Source of the DNA: an uncultured delta proteobacterium | GTDB taxonomy: Bacteria; Myxococcota_A; Polyangia; Fen-1088 | Direction of reading: 5' to 3' | Length of the DNA stretch: 64,000 nucleotides | Assembly: GCA_963767925.1 (NCBI GenBank) | Contig: CAVYGB010000002.1 | Coordinates: forward strand, 512,001-576,000 | Shown: positions 50,266-59,248 of the stretch, piece after piece | Numbering within the stretch: position 1 is the first letter of the stretch | How the letters are laid out: each line of letters begins with the position of its first letter | Made by a program: the position numbers and the translations under genes | The notes under the pieces: model-generated | Database searches by the model: none | Told to the model about the DNA's origin: nothing | The model's input: only the letters and a program-made list of their open reading frames with translations

Positions 50266-51042
50266 CTAGCCCGCGCCGCCGCCGCGGGGCCAGGTCTCCT
50301 TCCGGAAGCGCTGGTACCAGGCCTCCGAGGCCGCGTCGGCCAGGCGGTCGAAGGCGGGGGCCGGGATGGCGACCGACTCGCGCCCGGGGATCTCCAGGAA
50401 GTCGAGCAGGCCGCGCACGGTCTGCTCGTACGAGGCGATGAAGTCCTCGTAGACGATGGTGTATGGGACCACGCCCCAGCGATCGAACACCTCCTGCATC
50501 TCCGCCTCGCGCGCGCTGGCCCCCACGAGGAGCTCGCGGAGGGCGTCGGGGTTGTACTTGTCGATGACCTCGGCGGCGCTGGTCCTTCTGGGCGCCTGCC
50601 CCACCACGGTGTCGTCCCGGTTGGGCCGGTGCCACTCCTCGGACACGATCGCCCGCCACCAGGAGACCGCCAGCCGCAGCTTGTTCCGCCGGGTCAGGAA
50701 CACGTGTTTGCAGGCCGGATAGAACGCCTCCCAGGCCTTGCGCCCGTCGGGATCCGGCACCCCCGGGATCACCTGCCCGAACAGCGCCGTCAGGTCGTCG
50801 TGCCCGTTCATCCCATATTTCGTCCCGATCACTCCGTTGGCCGTCGTGGCCTCCCGCCAGAGGTGCTCCCGCAGCCCGCTGGCCCCGACCACCCCGTATT
50901 TCGCCGGCAGCCCCGCCCCCGCCGCGTCGTAGAGCCACTCGCGCGGCCGCCCGGCGACGCCGGTGTCCTCGAGCGCCTGGGTCAGCAGCGTGCTGCCCAC
51001 CCGCTGGCTGAACCAGATGAGATATGAGCGCGTCGGATGCAT
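50266..51042 (-). CDS. Stf0-family sulfotransferase
   Basis: QRVGSTLL, PREW, LTRRNKLRLAVSWWRA, IVYEDF. Confidence 0.88.
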   Translation of the reverse strand: MHPTRSYLIWFSQRVGSTLLTQALEDTGVAGRPREWLYDAAGAGLPAKYGVVGASGLREHLWREATTANGVIGTKYGMNGHDDLTALFGQVIPGVPDPDGRKAWEAFYPACKHVFLTRRNKLRLAVSWWRAIVSEEWHRPNRDDTVVGQAPRRTSAAEVIDKYNPDALRELLVGASAREAEMQEVFDRWGVVPYTIVYEDFIASYEQTVRGLLDFLEIPGRESVAIPAPAFDRLADAASEAWYQRFRKETWPRGGGAG

Positions 51043-51050
51043 GCCGTAGC

Positions 51051-51554
51051 CTACAGCTTCCTGAAGGGTTGGGGCGCCAGGGTGAGGGTGGCGGTGGCGC
51101 CTTCCACGCCGGTGATCTTCTCGATGATGCCCACGTCGGCCAGGGCGCGGGCCACGCCTTCGAGTAGAGCCGGGCCGAGGTCGGCCAGGGCCTTCGGGTT
51201 GGCCAGGACCACCACCACGCGGCAGCGGTGGCCGCTGGCGAGGAGGGTTCGCAGGTGGTCCACCTTGAGGGTCAGATCGGGGGGGGCGATGCTGGCGCTG
51301 ATCCAGAGCTCCTCGACGGTGGCGTCGCCGCCGTGCAGGCGCCGGGCCGCCTTCAGACGTTTGGCCGACTCGAACTTGAATCGGGCGAAATCCATCATCC
51401 GGTAGACCGGGGGGTCGGCCTCGGCGTCGACGACCATCAGCTCGAGGCGCCGCTCCTCGGTCAGCCGCCGCGCCTCATCGATCGCCACGATCCCGACCTC
51501 GCGTCCCCGGGAATCCAGCAGGCGCACCGAGGGCGGATCCAGCGGGGCGGTCAC
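51051..51554 (-). CDS. infC: Divergent translation initiation factor IF-3-like protein
   Basis: VRLLD..G..GIV, ADPPVYRMMDF, D...K...L..G.....V, EG....TLAP; GTG start with SD ggagg; TATACT upstream. Confidence 0.75.
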   Translation of the reverse strand: MTAPLDPPSVRLLDSRGREVGIVAIDEARRLTEERRLELMVVDAEADPPVYRMMDFARFKFESAKRLKAARRLHGGDATVEELWISASIAPPDLTLKVDHLRTLLASGHRCRVVVVLANPKALADLGPALLEGVARALADVGIIEKITGVEGATATLTLAPQPFRKL

Positions 51555-51752
51555 GCTCCCCCTCCGCGCCGGCCTGGCTTCACAGGAAAAGTATAAGCCA
51601 GGTTCGGGAGCGGCAGCGCGGCTGCGACGATCTGGCGCCCGGCGGCCGACCACGAAGCTCAGCCCTTGCTGTTCTCCTCGAGCTGGGCGCGCAGGTATAT
51701 TCGGCGCCGAAGTCGTCGGCCTCGAAGACGGGGCGGAGCGGTGGCGGGCGCC

Positions 51753-52853
51753 CTACCGCACCTGAAAGTCGTCGAAATAGAGGGTGCCGGACCAGGTCGC
51801 GTTGACGTAACAGTCGACCACGGCGCGCAGGATGGGCCCGGATTGTCTGGTTCCGACCACTTGCTGCCAGCCCCCCATGGGCACCAGCACCCGGGGCGAG
51901 GCCTGGTAGTGGTAGGGCGCGCCCTCGTGAAGGACGCCCAGCTCGCAGCCGGAGCCCACGTCTCCGGCCGGGAAGGGCTGACCGCGCCACTGCACCCAGA
52001 AGCTGACGCTGCGGGCCCCCAGATCGCCCACCGCGCCTTCGCACAGGGGCTTGCTGAAGACCAGGCGGCCGCTGCCGTTGGTGATCGTGACGGCCAGCGA
52101 ACGGCTGCCCCCGTGGGCCAGCTCGGTCGTCACACGGGGCGCGGCGAACGGGCCCTCGGCCTGGGTCACCGTCCACCCGCCGATACCGCCGCTCTCGAAG
52201 TCCTGATCGAAGGCGCGACAGCTCCGGCCCGGTCCACACGGCAGAAAGCCGCTCTTGCAGGCGTACTGGCAGATGTGGTCCAGGCAGCTGCCGGTCTGGC
52301 TGGTCGGCTCGACGTCGCAGTCGGCAGAGGAGCAGCAGGCGTAGCAGGCCCCGTCGCACTTCGCGCCTCCGGCGCACTGGTAGTCGCACACCCCGTCGGC
52401 CCGGCAGATGGCCACGCCGTCCGCCGGGGGCGCGGGGCAGGCGCTGCAGCCGGGGCCGCAGGCCCGGGGCGAGTTGCTGGCCACACAGACCGACCCCTGC
52501 CGGCACATACCGGCGCCGCAAGCGGGCGGCTCCTGCGCGTCGATCGAGGGCGCGGGGGGCGGAGGCTCCGGGGGCGAAGGCTCGGGTGGCACGGGCGCGT
52601 CGCGCCTGCCGGTGGGACCGTCGGCGGCCGCGTCTGGCCGAGTTTCCTCGCCCGGCGTCGCCCCGCCCGCGTCGGCCCCTCCCGATCCCCCGTCGGAGGG
52701 GCCCGAGGTCGACCCGGTCCCGGCCTCCGCTACTGGCTCGTTTCTCGGGGCGGCGCAGGCGGGCAGCAGGACCAGCAGCGCCAGGACAACGCCGAGCGCC
52801 CGAAGCCCTCCACGGATTGTCGCGCCCGCGCGTGCCGCCATCACCCAGTTCAT
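51753..52853 (-). CDS. Lipoprotein with Cys-rich segment and CBM-like C-terminal domain; start uncertain
   Basis: LPAC lipobox; CGPGCSACP; DFESG..GW, AHGGSRSL, GTLYFDD. Confidence 0.7.
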   Translation of the reverse strand: MNWVMAARAGATIRGGLRALGVVLALLVLLPACAAPRNEPVAEAGTGSTSGPSDGGSGGADAGGATPGEETRPDAAADGPTGRRDAPVPPEPSPPEPPPPAPSIDAQEPPACGAGMCRQGSVCVASNSPRACGPGCSACPAPPADGVAICRADGVCDYQCAGGAKCDGACYACCSSADCDVEPTSQTGSCLDHICQYACKSGFLPCGPGRSCRAFDQDFESGGIGGWTVTQAEGPFAAPRVTTELAHGGSRSLAVTITNGSGRLVFSKPLCEGAVGDLGARSVSFWVQWRGQPFPAGDVGSGCELGVLHEGAPYHYQASPRVLVPMGGWQQVVGTRQSGPILRAVVDCYVNATWSGTLYFDDFQVR

Positions 52854-53025
52854 AGCCGAACCCACCGCCGCCGGCGGACGCTTTTGGGATTCGATCGAGG
52901 AAGGCGGCCTCCGGCGGTGTCACAAATCGAAACAGCCCCGCCGCTCGGAGTCGCCCGATACTCCGTGCGTGCCCGCAGGCATTCGTGATCCTTACGTCAG
53001 ACGGTGCATCCACGAGATTTTCTCC

Positions 53026-54489
53026 ATGAATCCCGGAAGCAAGTGCCTCTTCGCTCTCCTCTGCGCCGCCTTCTCGCTCCATTGCGCGAGCCCTCGCGAC
53101 GAAGGCATCACCGAGGTCGACGCCAGCGACGACGCGCCCGCGCGCAGCCCCGCGGTTGAAGCGGGCGGTCCGCCCGGGCCGCTCGACGCGGGCCACGCTC
53201 CGCCTTCCGCAGACGGGGCGGCGCCCACAGCCGATCCAGACGCCGGAGCCATGGACGGTCGCGACCTCGATGCCTCTCCGCCGCCGACCCCTCCAGCGCC
53301 GCCGATCCCTCCAGCGCCGCCGCCGACCGACCCACCGTCGCGGCTGGTCTCGGTCACCAGCCTGGCCGACTTCGGGTATGTCGCCGTGTCGGCCGACGCC
53401 ATCTACGCGACGGGATCGTTCGGTCTGTTCACCAGGACCCACGACTTCGGGGGCGTCACCGCCGCCGGCGCCGGCGCCCAGGACTTCTACGTTGCCCGGT
53501 ACGACCTCGAGGGGAACCTGCAGTGGGTGAAGACCACGGGCAACGCCGGCTACGACTATGGAAGCGGCATCGCCCTGGCCAGGGACGGCACCGTCGTGGT
53601 CTCGGGCTGCTATCGGAAGACCCTGGACCTGGAGGGCATGACGTTGCCGGACATGGGCGGCGGCGAGAACGAGAACGGGTTTGTCGCCTGGTATTCGCCC
53701 AGCGGGAGCCTGCTGCGGGTCTCCAGCAGGACCGGCTGCGGCGGCGTGCAGTTCGATGCCTCGGGAAACCTGCTGGCCACAAGCTACTCCCTCAACCAGA
53801 GCTCGCTGGTCAGCTTCGCCCCGGACGGGCAGGTGAACTGGATCGCCGACGACAAGTTCTCCAGCGGGTCGATCGCCATCCAGGCGGACGGCAGCTTCTT
53901 CGTGGGCGCCCAGCTGAACCCCAGCCTGCAGGTCGTCCTGCGCGACGGCCGACAGCAGACGCTGATCAGCAAGGGGAGCCTCGACATCGCCGTCCTGAAG
54001 TACACCCGCGACGGCAAGGTGGTCTGGGCGACCGGGTTCGGCAGCGAGGGCTTCGACTTCGCCAACATCGCCGCCGACGCGGCCGACGTCTACGTGTCTG
54101 GCAGCTTCGAGGGGGCCAGCCTCGAGGTGGGCGGCCAGTCACGGCCGCGCGCCGCGAAGGTCACCGCCTTCGCGGTCAAGCTCGCGGGGAGCGACGGACG
54201 GCTGCAATGGGTCCAGAGCTACCGCTCCACCGACAATCTGATCATGGGGTCGCCGGCCGTCGACGCCCGCGGCCGGCTCGTCCTGGGCGTCAGCTTCAGC
54301 ACCGGCTCGGGCAGCATCGACCTGGGCCTCGGCGACGCGTCGGGCACGGGTGTGGCGGGCTTTCTGGACACCAGGACCGGAAAGCCGATCCTGGTCATCT
54401 CCACCGTCTCCGGCGTCGATTCGTTCGCCCTGTCTCCCGGCGGCGACCTCTACATCGGTGGTAGAAGGCTGCTCCGACTGACCCCCTGA
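53026..54489 (+). CDS. Lipoprotein with SBBP-like beta-propeller repeats
   Basis: SLHC, Pro/DAG linker, DFYVARYD..GNLQW, DIAVLKY..GKVVW. Confidence 0.78.
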   Translation: MNPGSKCLFALLCAAFSLHCASPRDEGITEVDASDDAPARSPAVEAGGPPGPLDAGHAPPSADGAAPTADPDAGAMDGRDLDASPPPTPPAPPIPPAPPPTDPPSRLVSVTSLADFGYVAVSADAIYATGSFGLFTRTHDFGGVTAAGAGAQDFYVARYDLEGNLQWVKTTGNAGYDYGSGIALARDGTVVVSGCYRKTLDLEGMTLPDMGGGENENGFVAWYSPSGSLLRVSSRTGCGGVQFDASGNLLATSYSLNQSSLVSFAPDGQVNWIADDKFSSGSIAIQADGSFFVGAQLNPSLQVVLRDGRQQTLISKGSLDIAVLKYTRDGKVVWATGFGSEGFDFANIAADAADVYVSGSFEGASLEVGGQSRPRAAKVTAFAVKLAGSDGRLQWVQSYRSTDNLIMGSPAVDARGRLVLGVSFSTGSGSIDLGLGDASGTGVAGFLDTRTGKPILVISTVSGVDSFALSPGGDLYIGGRRLLRLTP

Positions 54490-54598
54490 GTGGACGCGGG
54501 GCCGCGGTGATCGGTCGGCCAGATCACCTGGAATTGGCGAACCGCTGGGGCAGCCGAGCGGCGGGAGCCGAGTCTCGCGACCGGGCGATCGCGAGCTG

Positions 54599-54976
54599 TC
54601 ACACTCGGATGATCTCCACATGCAGCCCCGCGCCTTCGGCGAGCGGGGCGAGGTCGTCGGGGTCGGCCGTGACGATCCAGTCGCCGTCGCTGGCAAGGAG
54701 CACCAGCGCCGAGTCGACGACGTCGGCTCGCCGCGCTCGGGCGAGCAGCAGCCCCGCCCGGCGCCCGAGCTCGAGGCCCAGGTCGACCACCTCGATCGCC
54801 TGGAGGAGCCTCGCGACGCGGGCCTGTCTGGCCCCTGCCCGCCAGATCTGGCCGACCACGCCACCGTGCGTACATGGCCGCCGCCGGGCCTCGAGCTCGC
54901 GCTTCAACAGCGCCGCGACAATTCGATCGCCCCGCTCGAAGGCGATGAATGCCCCGGCGTCGAGGACGAGCTTCAC
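54599..54976 (-). CDS. PIN-domain (VapC-like) toxin
   Basis: LVLDAGAFIA, DVVD, IVTADPDDL. Confidence 0.88.
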   Translation of the reverse strand: MKLVLDAGAFIAFERGDRIVAALLKRELEARRRPCTHGGVVGQIWRAGARQARVARLLQAIEVVDLGLELGRRAGLLLARARRADVVDSALVLLASDGDWIVTADPDDLAPLAEGAGLHVEIIRV

Positions 54977-55299
54977 CGGCTCCGCCTGGGGGCGCGCGAC
55001 GGTCGCGCCGCCGCGCGGGCCTCTCCCGCCCGGGCGCCCCGGACGCTCACCGACCGCGAGCGGGCGGCGCGCACCGCTCTCTCGATCTCTCCGGGGGTGA
55101 TCTCGCCATGCTCGGCCTCGAAGACGGCGATGACCCCGGCCAGCTCGGCGAGACCCCGGTCGTGTTCGACCTTCAGTCGCATGGCGTCGTTAACCCATGC
55201 GCTCACGTTGGCCACCTCACCCCGCTTTGCCGCCGACTCCGCCGCGCCCAGGAGCTCGGCATCCACCGAGGCGCTCAGGCGCTGCTTCGTGGCCTTCAT
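54973..55299 (-). CDS. Antitoxin (ribbon-helix-helix-like)
   Basis: KQRLSASVD, NVSAWVN, FEAEHGEIT; GTGA overlap with the toxin gene. Confidence 0.82.
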   Translation of the reverse strand: MKATKQRLSASVDAELLGAAESAAKRGEVANVSAWVNDAMRLKVEHDRGLAELAGVIAVFEAEHGEITPGEIERAVRAARSRSVSVRGARAGEARAAARPSRAPRRSR

Positions 55300-55426
55300 A
55301 CATTCATGCTACACGCCACCCACGATCGTAGCAACGGTGCGCCGCGGGGTGCCGCTGGCTACCCCGCGACAGGCTGCGCTCCCCCAGCTCCGGAGCGTCC
55401 GCCCAGCTCGCCCGTTGGGGGGGCCG

Positions 55427-55944
55427 TCACGCGCGGGCGGGGATCGGGGCTCTCTTCCAGCGGCCCCAGGCGATCAGGGCGGCCAGGCCGCCGAAGACGA
55501 GGTTGACCGGGAGGACCTGGGGTTCTCCCCGCCAGAGGTGGAAGACGGCGGCGAGGACGGTGATGAGGGCGAGGCCCGTCGCCGCGAGGGGGGTGAGGCG
55601 CGGTTTGATCCGGGTGAGGGCGGGCAGCACCAGGCCCAGCGCGCCGGCCAGCTCGGCGAGGCCGATGAAGCGGACCAGTGCGGGCGGCAGCTCGCCCGGC
55701 CACACCATCATTGCGGCGAGCTCGGGGATAGGCTGGGTCGCCTTCATCAGCCCGCCCGTGGCGAACACCACGCCGAGCAGCGCTTGCACGACCCAGAGCG
55801 CGACGTGAAAGGCGCCGCGCGGGCGGGCGGACGCGGTCGAAGGGGCGGGGATGGTCGGTACCGTCCGGGAGGTTGCGGGCGCGGGGGCGCGGCGGGTGCG
55901 GTCAGGGCAGAGGCAGTTGCGGCGCTGGCGGTCGGGGTGGTCAT
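55427..55944 (-). CDS. DoxX-family membrane protein with one apparent frameshift
   Basis: HVALWVVQALLG, GLMK, RFIGLAELAGALGLVLP; ATG at 55944 is out of frame unless the G5 run at 55883-87 is G6. Confidence 0.8.
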
Positions 55945-56268
55945 GGGAGATTCCTCGGGTTGGGGGTCACGCCGGCCCGGAGATCCGTTTCGTCTCCGAG
56001 CCTCTACCCGGGATCCGTTCCATCTTGCGGAACAACGTTCAGCGGCAGGACTGATCGCGCGAGTCAACGCTGCCGCTCGGCCACCCGCCGCATCAGACGA
56101 TCAGCGACGCCAGCAGCGGCTCGGGTTGGCGCTGGCGTTTGGCGCGGCAGTTGCTGGTGAGTCAGGGCGAGCGCCGCCGCTGGGAAGGGTTCCCGGTACG
56201 AAGTCCCGACCAGTCCTGCCCCCGCGGGGCGGCGCTCATGAGACATCCCACCTACCGAAAGGCGATAC

Positions 56269-56852
56269 ATGACCTCGATCAATTCCCTCTTTAAGACGAA
56301 GATTCCGCTGGTCGGAGTTACCTTTGCCCTGTCGCTGGCTCTCGTTGGCGGCTGCGATAGCAACGAAGCACTCGTGACACCTGATCAAGGCGAGTTCAGA
56401 GCCTCCCGCCCGCCGCGCTGAAACAGCGAATGGACGCCTCACCCGAGACAAAACAGCAGACTGGCATCGCACTCTGGGAGCTGGAGACCGTCGGTGGACG
56501 GGCGACTTTTACGGGCGTTTCATCGAGCGGACAGTCTCTTGGTCGCTGGAACGCAATTTCCCTTGGCGCTGAGACGGTCGAGATCAATCAGAGCGTGCCG
56601 AATCGAGTCGCGATCCGACTCACGAGAGATGGAAAGATCTCGTCAGAGGGCAGGCTCAATGAGTCGTCGAAGAAGATGCTCCTGGCCCTGGCTTCTGACA
56701 TTGCGTCCGGGATCGTTCCTCAGGGCTGCATCGGAACCACGATTGCCATGTTCGGCATTTGCGCCGTGGCGTTGGCCGAGCCGACGTTTCTTGGCGAACT
56801 CGCGTGCGTCGCTGCGTACATTTCGTACGTAGAAGACTGCGGGGCTTCTTAG
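56269..56852 (+). pseudogene. AT-richer lipoprotein with hydrophobic Cys-containing C-terminal peptide; frameshift near 56385-56420
   Basis: MTSINSLFKTKIPLVGVTFALSLALVGGC in frame 1; remainder (56430-56852) in frame 3. Confidence 0.6.
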
Positions 56853-56863
56853 CCGCAGCTTGA

Positions 56864-57366
56864 GAGCCAGACGCTGAAACCTGCGGAGAATTTGCGCCGA
56901 TGGGCGAAACGAGGTATCGAGGCCGGGACGCGTGCTCGTGGGCGTGTTCGAGCGCGTGTTCGAGTTCGAGTTCGTGTGGGGCGAGCGTTGAGCGGCCAGG
57001 CGGCTCTCGGTGCGCGTAAATCACGCGAGCCGAGGCCCGCGGGCCGAACACGCTCACCACACACGGACACGAACTCGAACACGCGCTCGAACACGAGCAC
57101 GACCACGACAGCCGCGGCAGTCATCAGGGTTGGTGGCGGTGCATGCCGGCGAGCCGAGTGAGCATCGCGCACAGCCGGTCGAGCAGAGACATCACCGCTT
57201 CGATCTCGGTATCGGGAGCAAGTCCCAGGATTGCAACCGCCTCCAAGGCGGCTGCCGCCTCGGACGCTTCGCCTCTGGCGGTGCGGAACCGTGAGATCCT
57301 GTCGGCGCCCGTTCGGCTGGATGCCTCGGCGATGCCCAGGTATGCCGACAACAGCGCGCGCCGAAG
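56864..57366. mobile_element. Truncated second copy of the 651-bp element
   Basis: 503 bp colinear with 31838-32340; I count 4 mismatches; left TIR present, right end missing. Confidence 0.9.
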
Positions 57367-57570
57367 TACTGGGGCCCGGCGCCGGATCGGCGGTGTTGTG
57401 GGGATGCGGGGCGGGCCTTGTGAGCGTCGCAGTCCTGGTCGCTTATCTGTCGCTCTTGCCCGTCTTTGGTGAACGACTGCTCCCTTCCACGTCGGGAGCA
57501 AGCACTGGCGTTGGTCGACTAGCGCTGCTCGTCATCGCCAGCGCACTTGCTGGCCCCTTTCTCGAGGAGG
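57367..57570 (+). pseudogene. CPBP/CAAX (Abi) protease fragment
   Basis: Two hydrophobic segments ending ALAGPFLEE (start of the EExxxR motif); atypical codons. Confidence 0.5.
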
Positions 57571-57574
57571 CCTG

Positions 57575-58660
57575 GTGCGCGTGGTCTTGCCCCTGCCGGC
57601 CAACATGGACGTCCTCGATCTCGAGGGCAACGTCGTCACGCCGCCCGACCGCACCATCGCCGTGTGGCGCGGGGTTCCCAGCGTCGCCGACACGGTGCTG
57701 ACCGCCCCTTACCAGCTCGACGGGCGGGCGGCCACGCTCCCCGAGCAGGCCCGGGCCGCGCTGCTCGGCCACAGCGAGGCAGCGAGCGCCACTACCGCCG
57801 AGCTCGAGGGGATCGCCGCTTTCCAGCGGGCGACCTTCTCTTCGGGGCGGGCCCGCTTCGTCTCCGTCCTGCTCGACCTGGGCGTCCCGCTCGCGCAGAT
57901 CCCCTCCCCCGAGGACTTCATGCCCCTCACGCCGCCGCTAGCGCGGGGGCGCGCGCTGTACAAGAAGGCCTGCCTGCAGGCGTGCCACGGCGGCGCCACC
58001 ACCGACCGGATCGTCAACCGCGAGGTGCAGGCCCTGTGGTTTCCCGCGCTCACCGCCGAGGGGAACGTGCGCTTCGACGTCGTCCCGGGGCGGGGCCCGG
58101 TGCCGGTGCGCCGCTCGCGCCCGGACGTCGAGTTTCTCAACATCGGCGTCGGCCTCACCACCTACTTCGGGCAGCTCGGGCTCGGCACGGCCTTCAACGA
58201 TCCGGTGAAGCTGCCGCGCTACCGGTTCCGTTTCTATGAGGACGGCACCCGCCGCGCCGCGATCGTCGATCTGCCGCCGCGGCCCATGACGAAAAGTGGC
58301 GACCCCCTCGACCCGCGGCCGGCCCTCGACGAGCGGGGCGCGCCCATCGTGGGACCCAACCTGGTCCCGCAGCTCTTCACGACCGACCCCGGGCGCGCCG
58401 CCATCACCGGCGATCCGGCGGACTTCGAGGCGTTCGATATGCCTCCGCTCCGCGGCGTCGCCCGCACGGCCCCCTACTTCCACGACAACAGCCACGGCAC
58501 CTTGCGCGAGGTCGTGGACGCCTACAGCCGCTTCATCCTCCCGTTCGCCACGCCGCTCGGCCTCCCCGGCGTCCACCCCCCCGAACGCGCCGGGGGCCGG
58601 CCCGAGTCGCTGACTCCGGCCGAGAAGGACGATCTGCTCAGCTTCCTCGAGCGGCTGTGA
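57575..58660 (+). pseudogene. Cytochrome c peroxidase/MauG-like protein, N-terminally truncated
   Basis: PSVAD..APYQLDGRA.TLPEQA, RGRALY..CLQACH, TTDPGRA, PPLRGVARTAPYFHD; no signal peptide or first heme site. Confidence 0.72.
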
Positions 58661-58736
58661 GGAGCGCGCTCAGCAGTGCCGAGGCTCGGGGCGCCGGCTT
58701 GAACAGATTGTTCAGCCGTTCCCGTGCGCGCGCAGC

Positions 58737-58771
58737 CTGTCCCTCCCCCGCGAAACGCAGGAGAGGGACAG
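58737..58771. terminator. Hairpin between convergent genes
   Basis: ctgtccctcccccgcg-aaa-cgcaggagagggacag; no U-tract. Confidence 0.45.
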
Positions 58772-58786
58772 CCGCTCGCGGGAGCG

Positions 58787-58909
58787 TCAGTTGGAGTGGC
58801 GGCCCGTGCGACGGCGGCCTCCGCCGCCCGCGACGAGGGCGAGCTCGCTCTCGGTGAGCTCGGGGAGCTGGGTGGCGGTCTGGGTCTCGGGCTCATTGTT
58901 CTTCTTCAC
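58787..58909 (-). CDS. 40-aa double-glycine-leader-type peptide
   Basis: GGAGG 5 nt before GTG; MKKNNEPETQTATQLPELTESELALVAGG-GGRRRTGRHSN. Confidence 0.7.
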   Translation of the reverse strand: MKKNNEPETQTATQLPELTESELALVAGGGGRRRTGRHSN

Positions 58910-59248
58910 GGGTACCTCCACATGGTCGGTTCGCGCCGTTACGACCTGCCTTGAGCTCCGGCCGCATCGGCAATCACCCCCCAGTGCAGACCCCGTGCCG
59001 CCTCGCGGGCGCATGTCGACTGGGGCCAGCGGCCTGTATTTGTACAAATTGCGTAAAATACCCAGGACAAATTGTGACGATCGCCGTCTCATGTCACGCA
59101 GGAGGTGCGGCTGGCCCACCCGAGGGTCGACCACGGCGACCTGTCACATCGCCCGCGGCGCCGGCGTTCTCGCCCTCGCTGACTCGACAGCCGTGATATC
59201 GAAGCCGCTCCGTTGCACGCCGAAACCCGCTCTTCCAGGAGGCGTCCG

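Noticed and set aside
55883..55887. Programmed frameshift in the DoxX gene
   Set aside because: A one-base homopolymer error is simpler; no slippery heptamer seen
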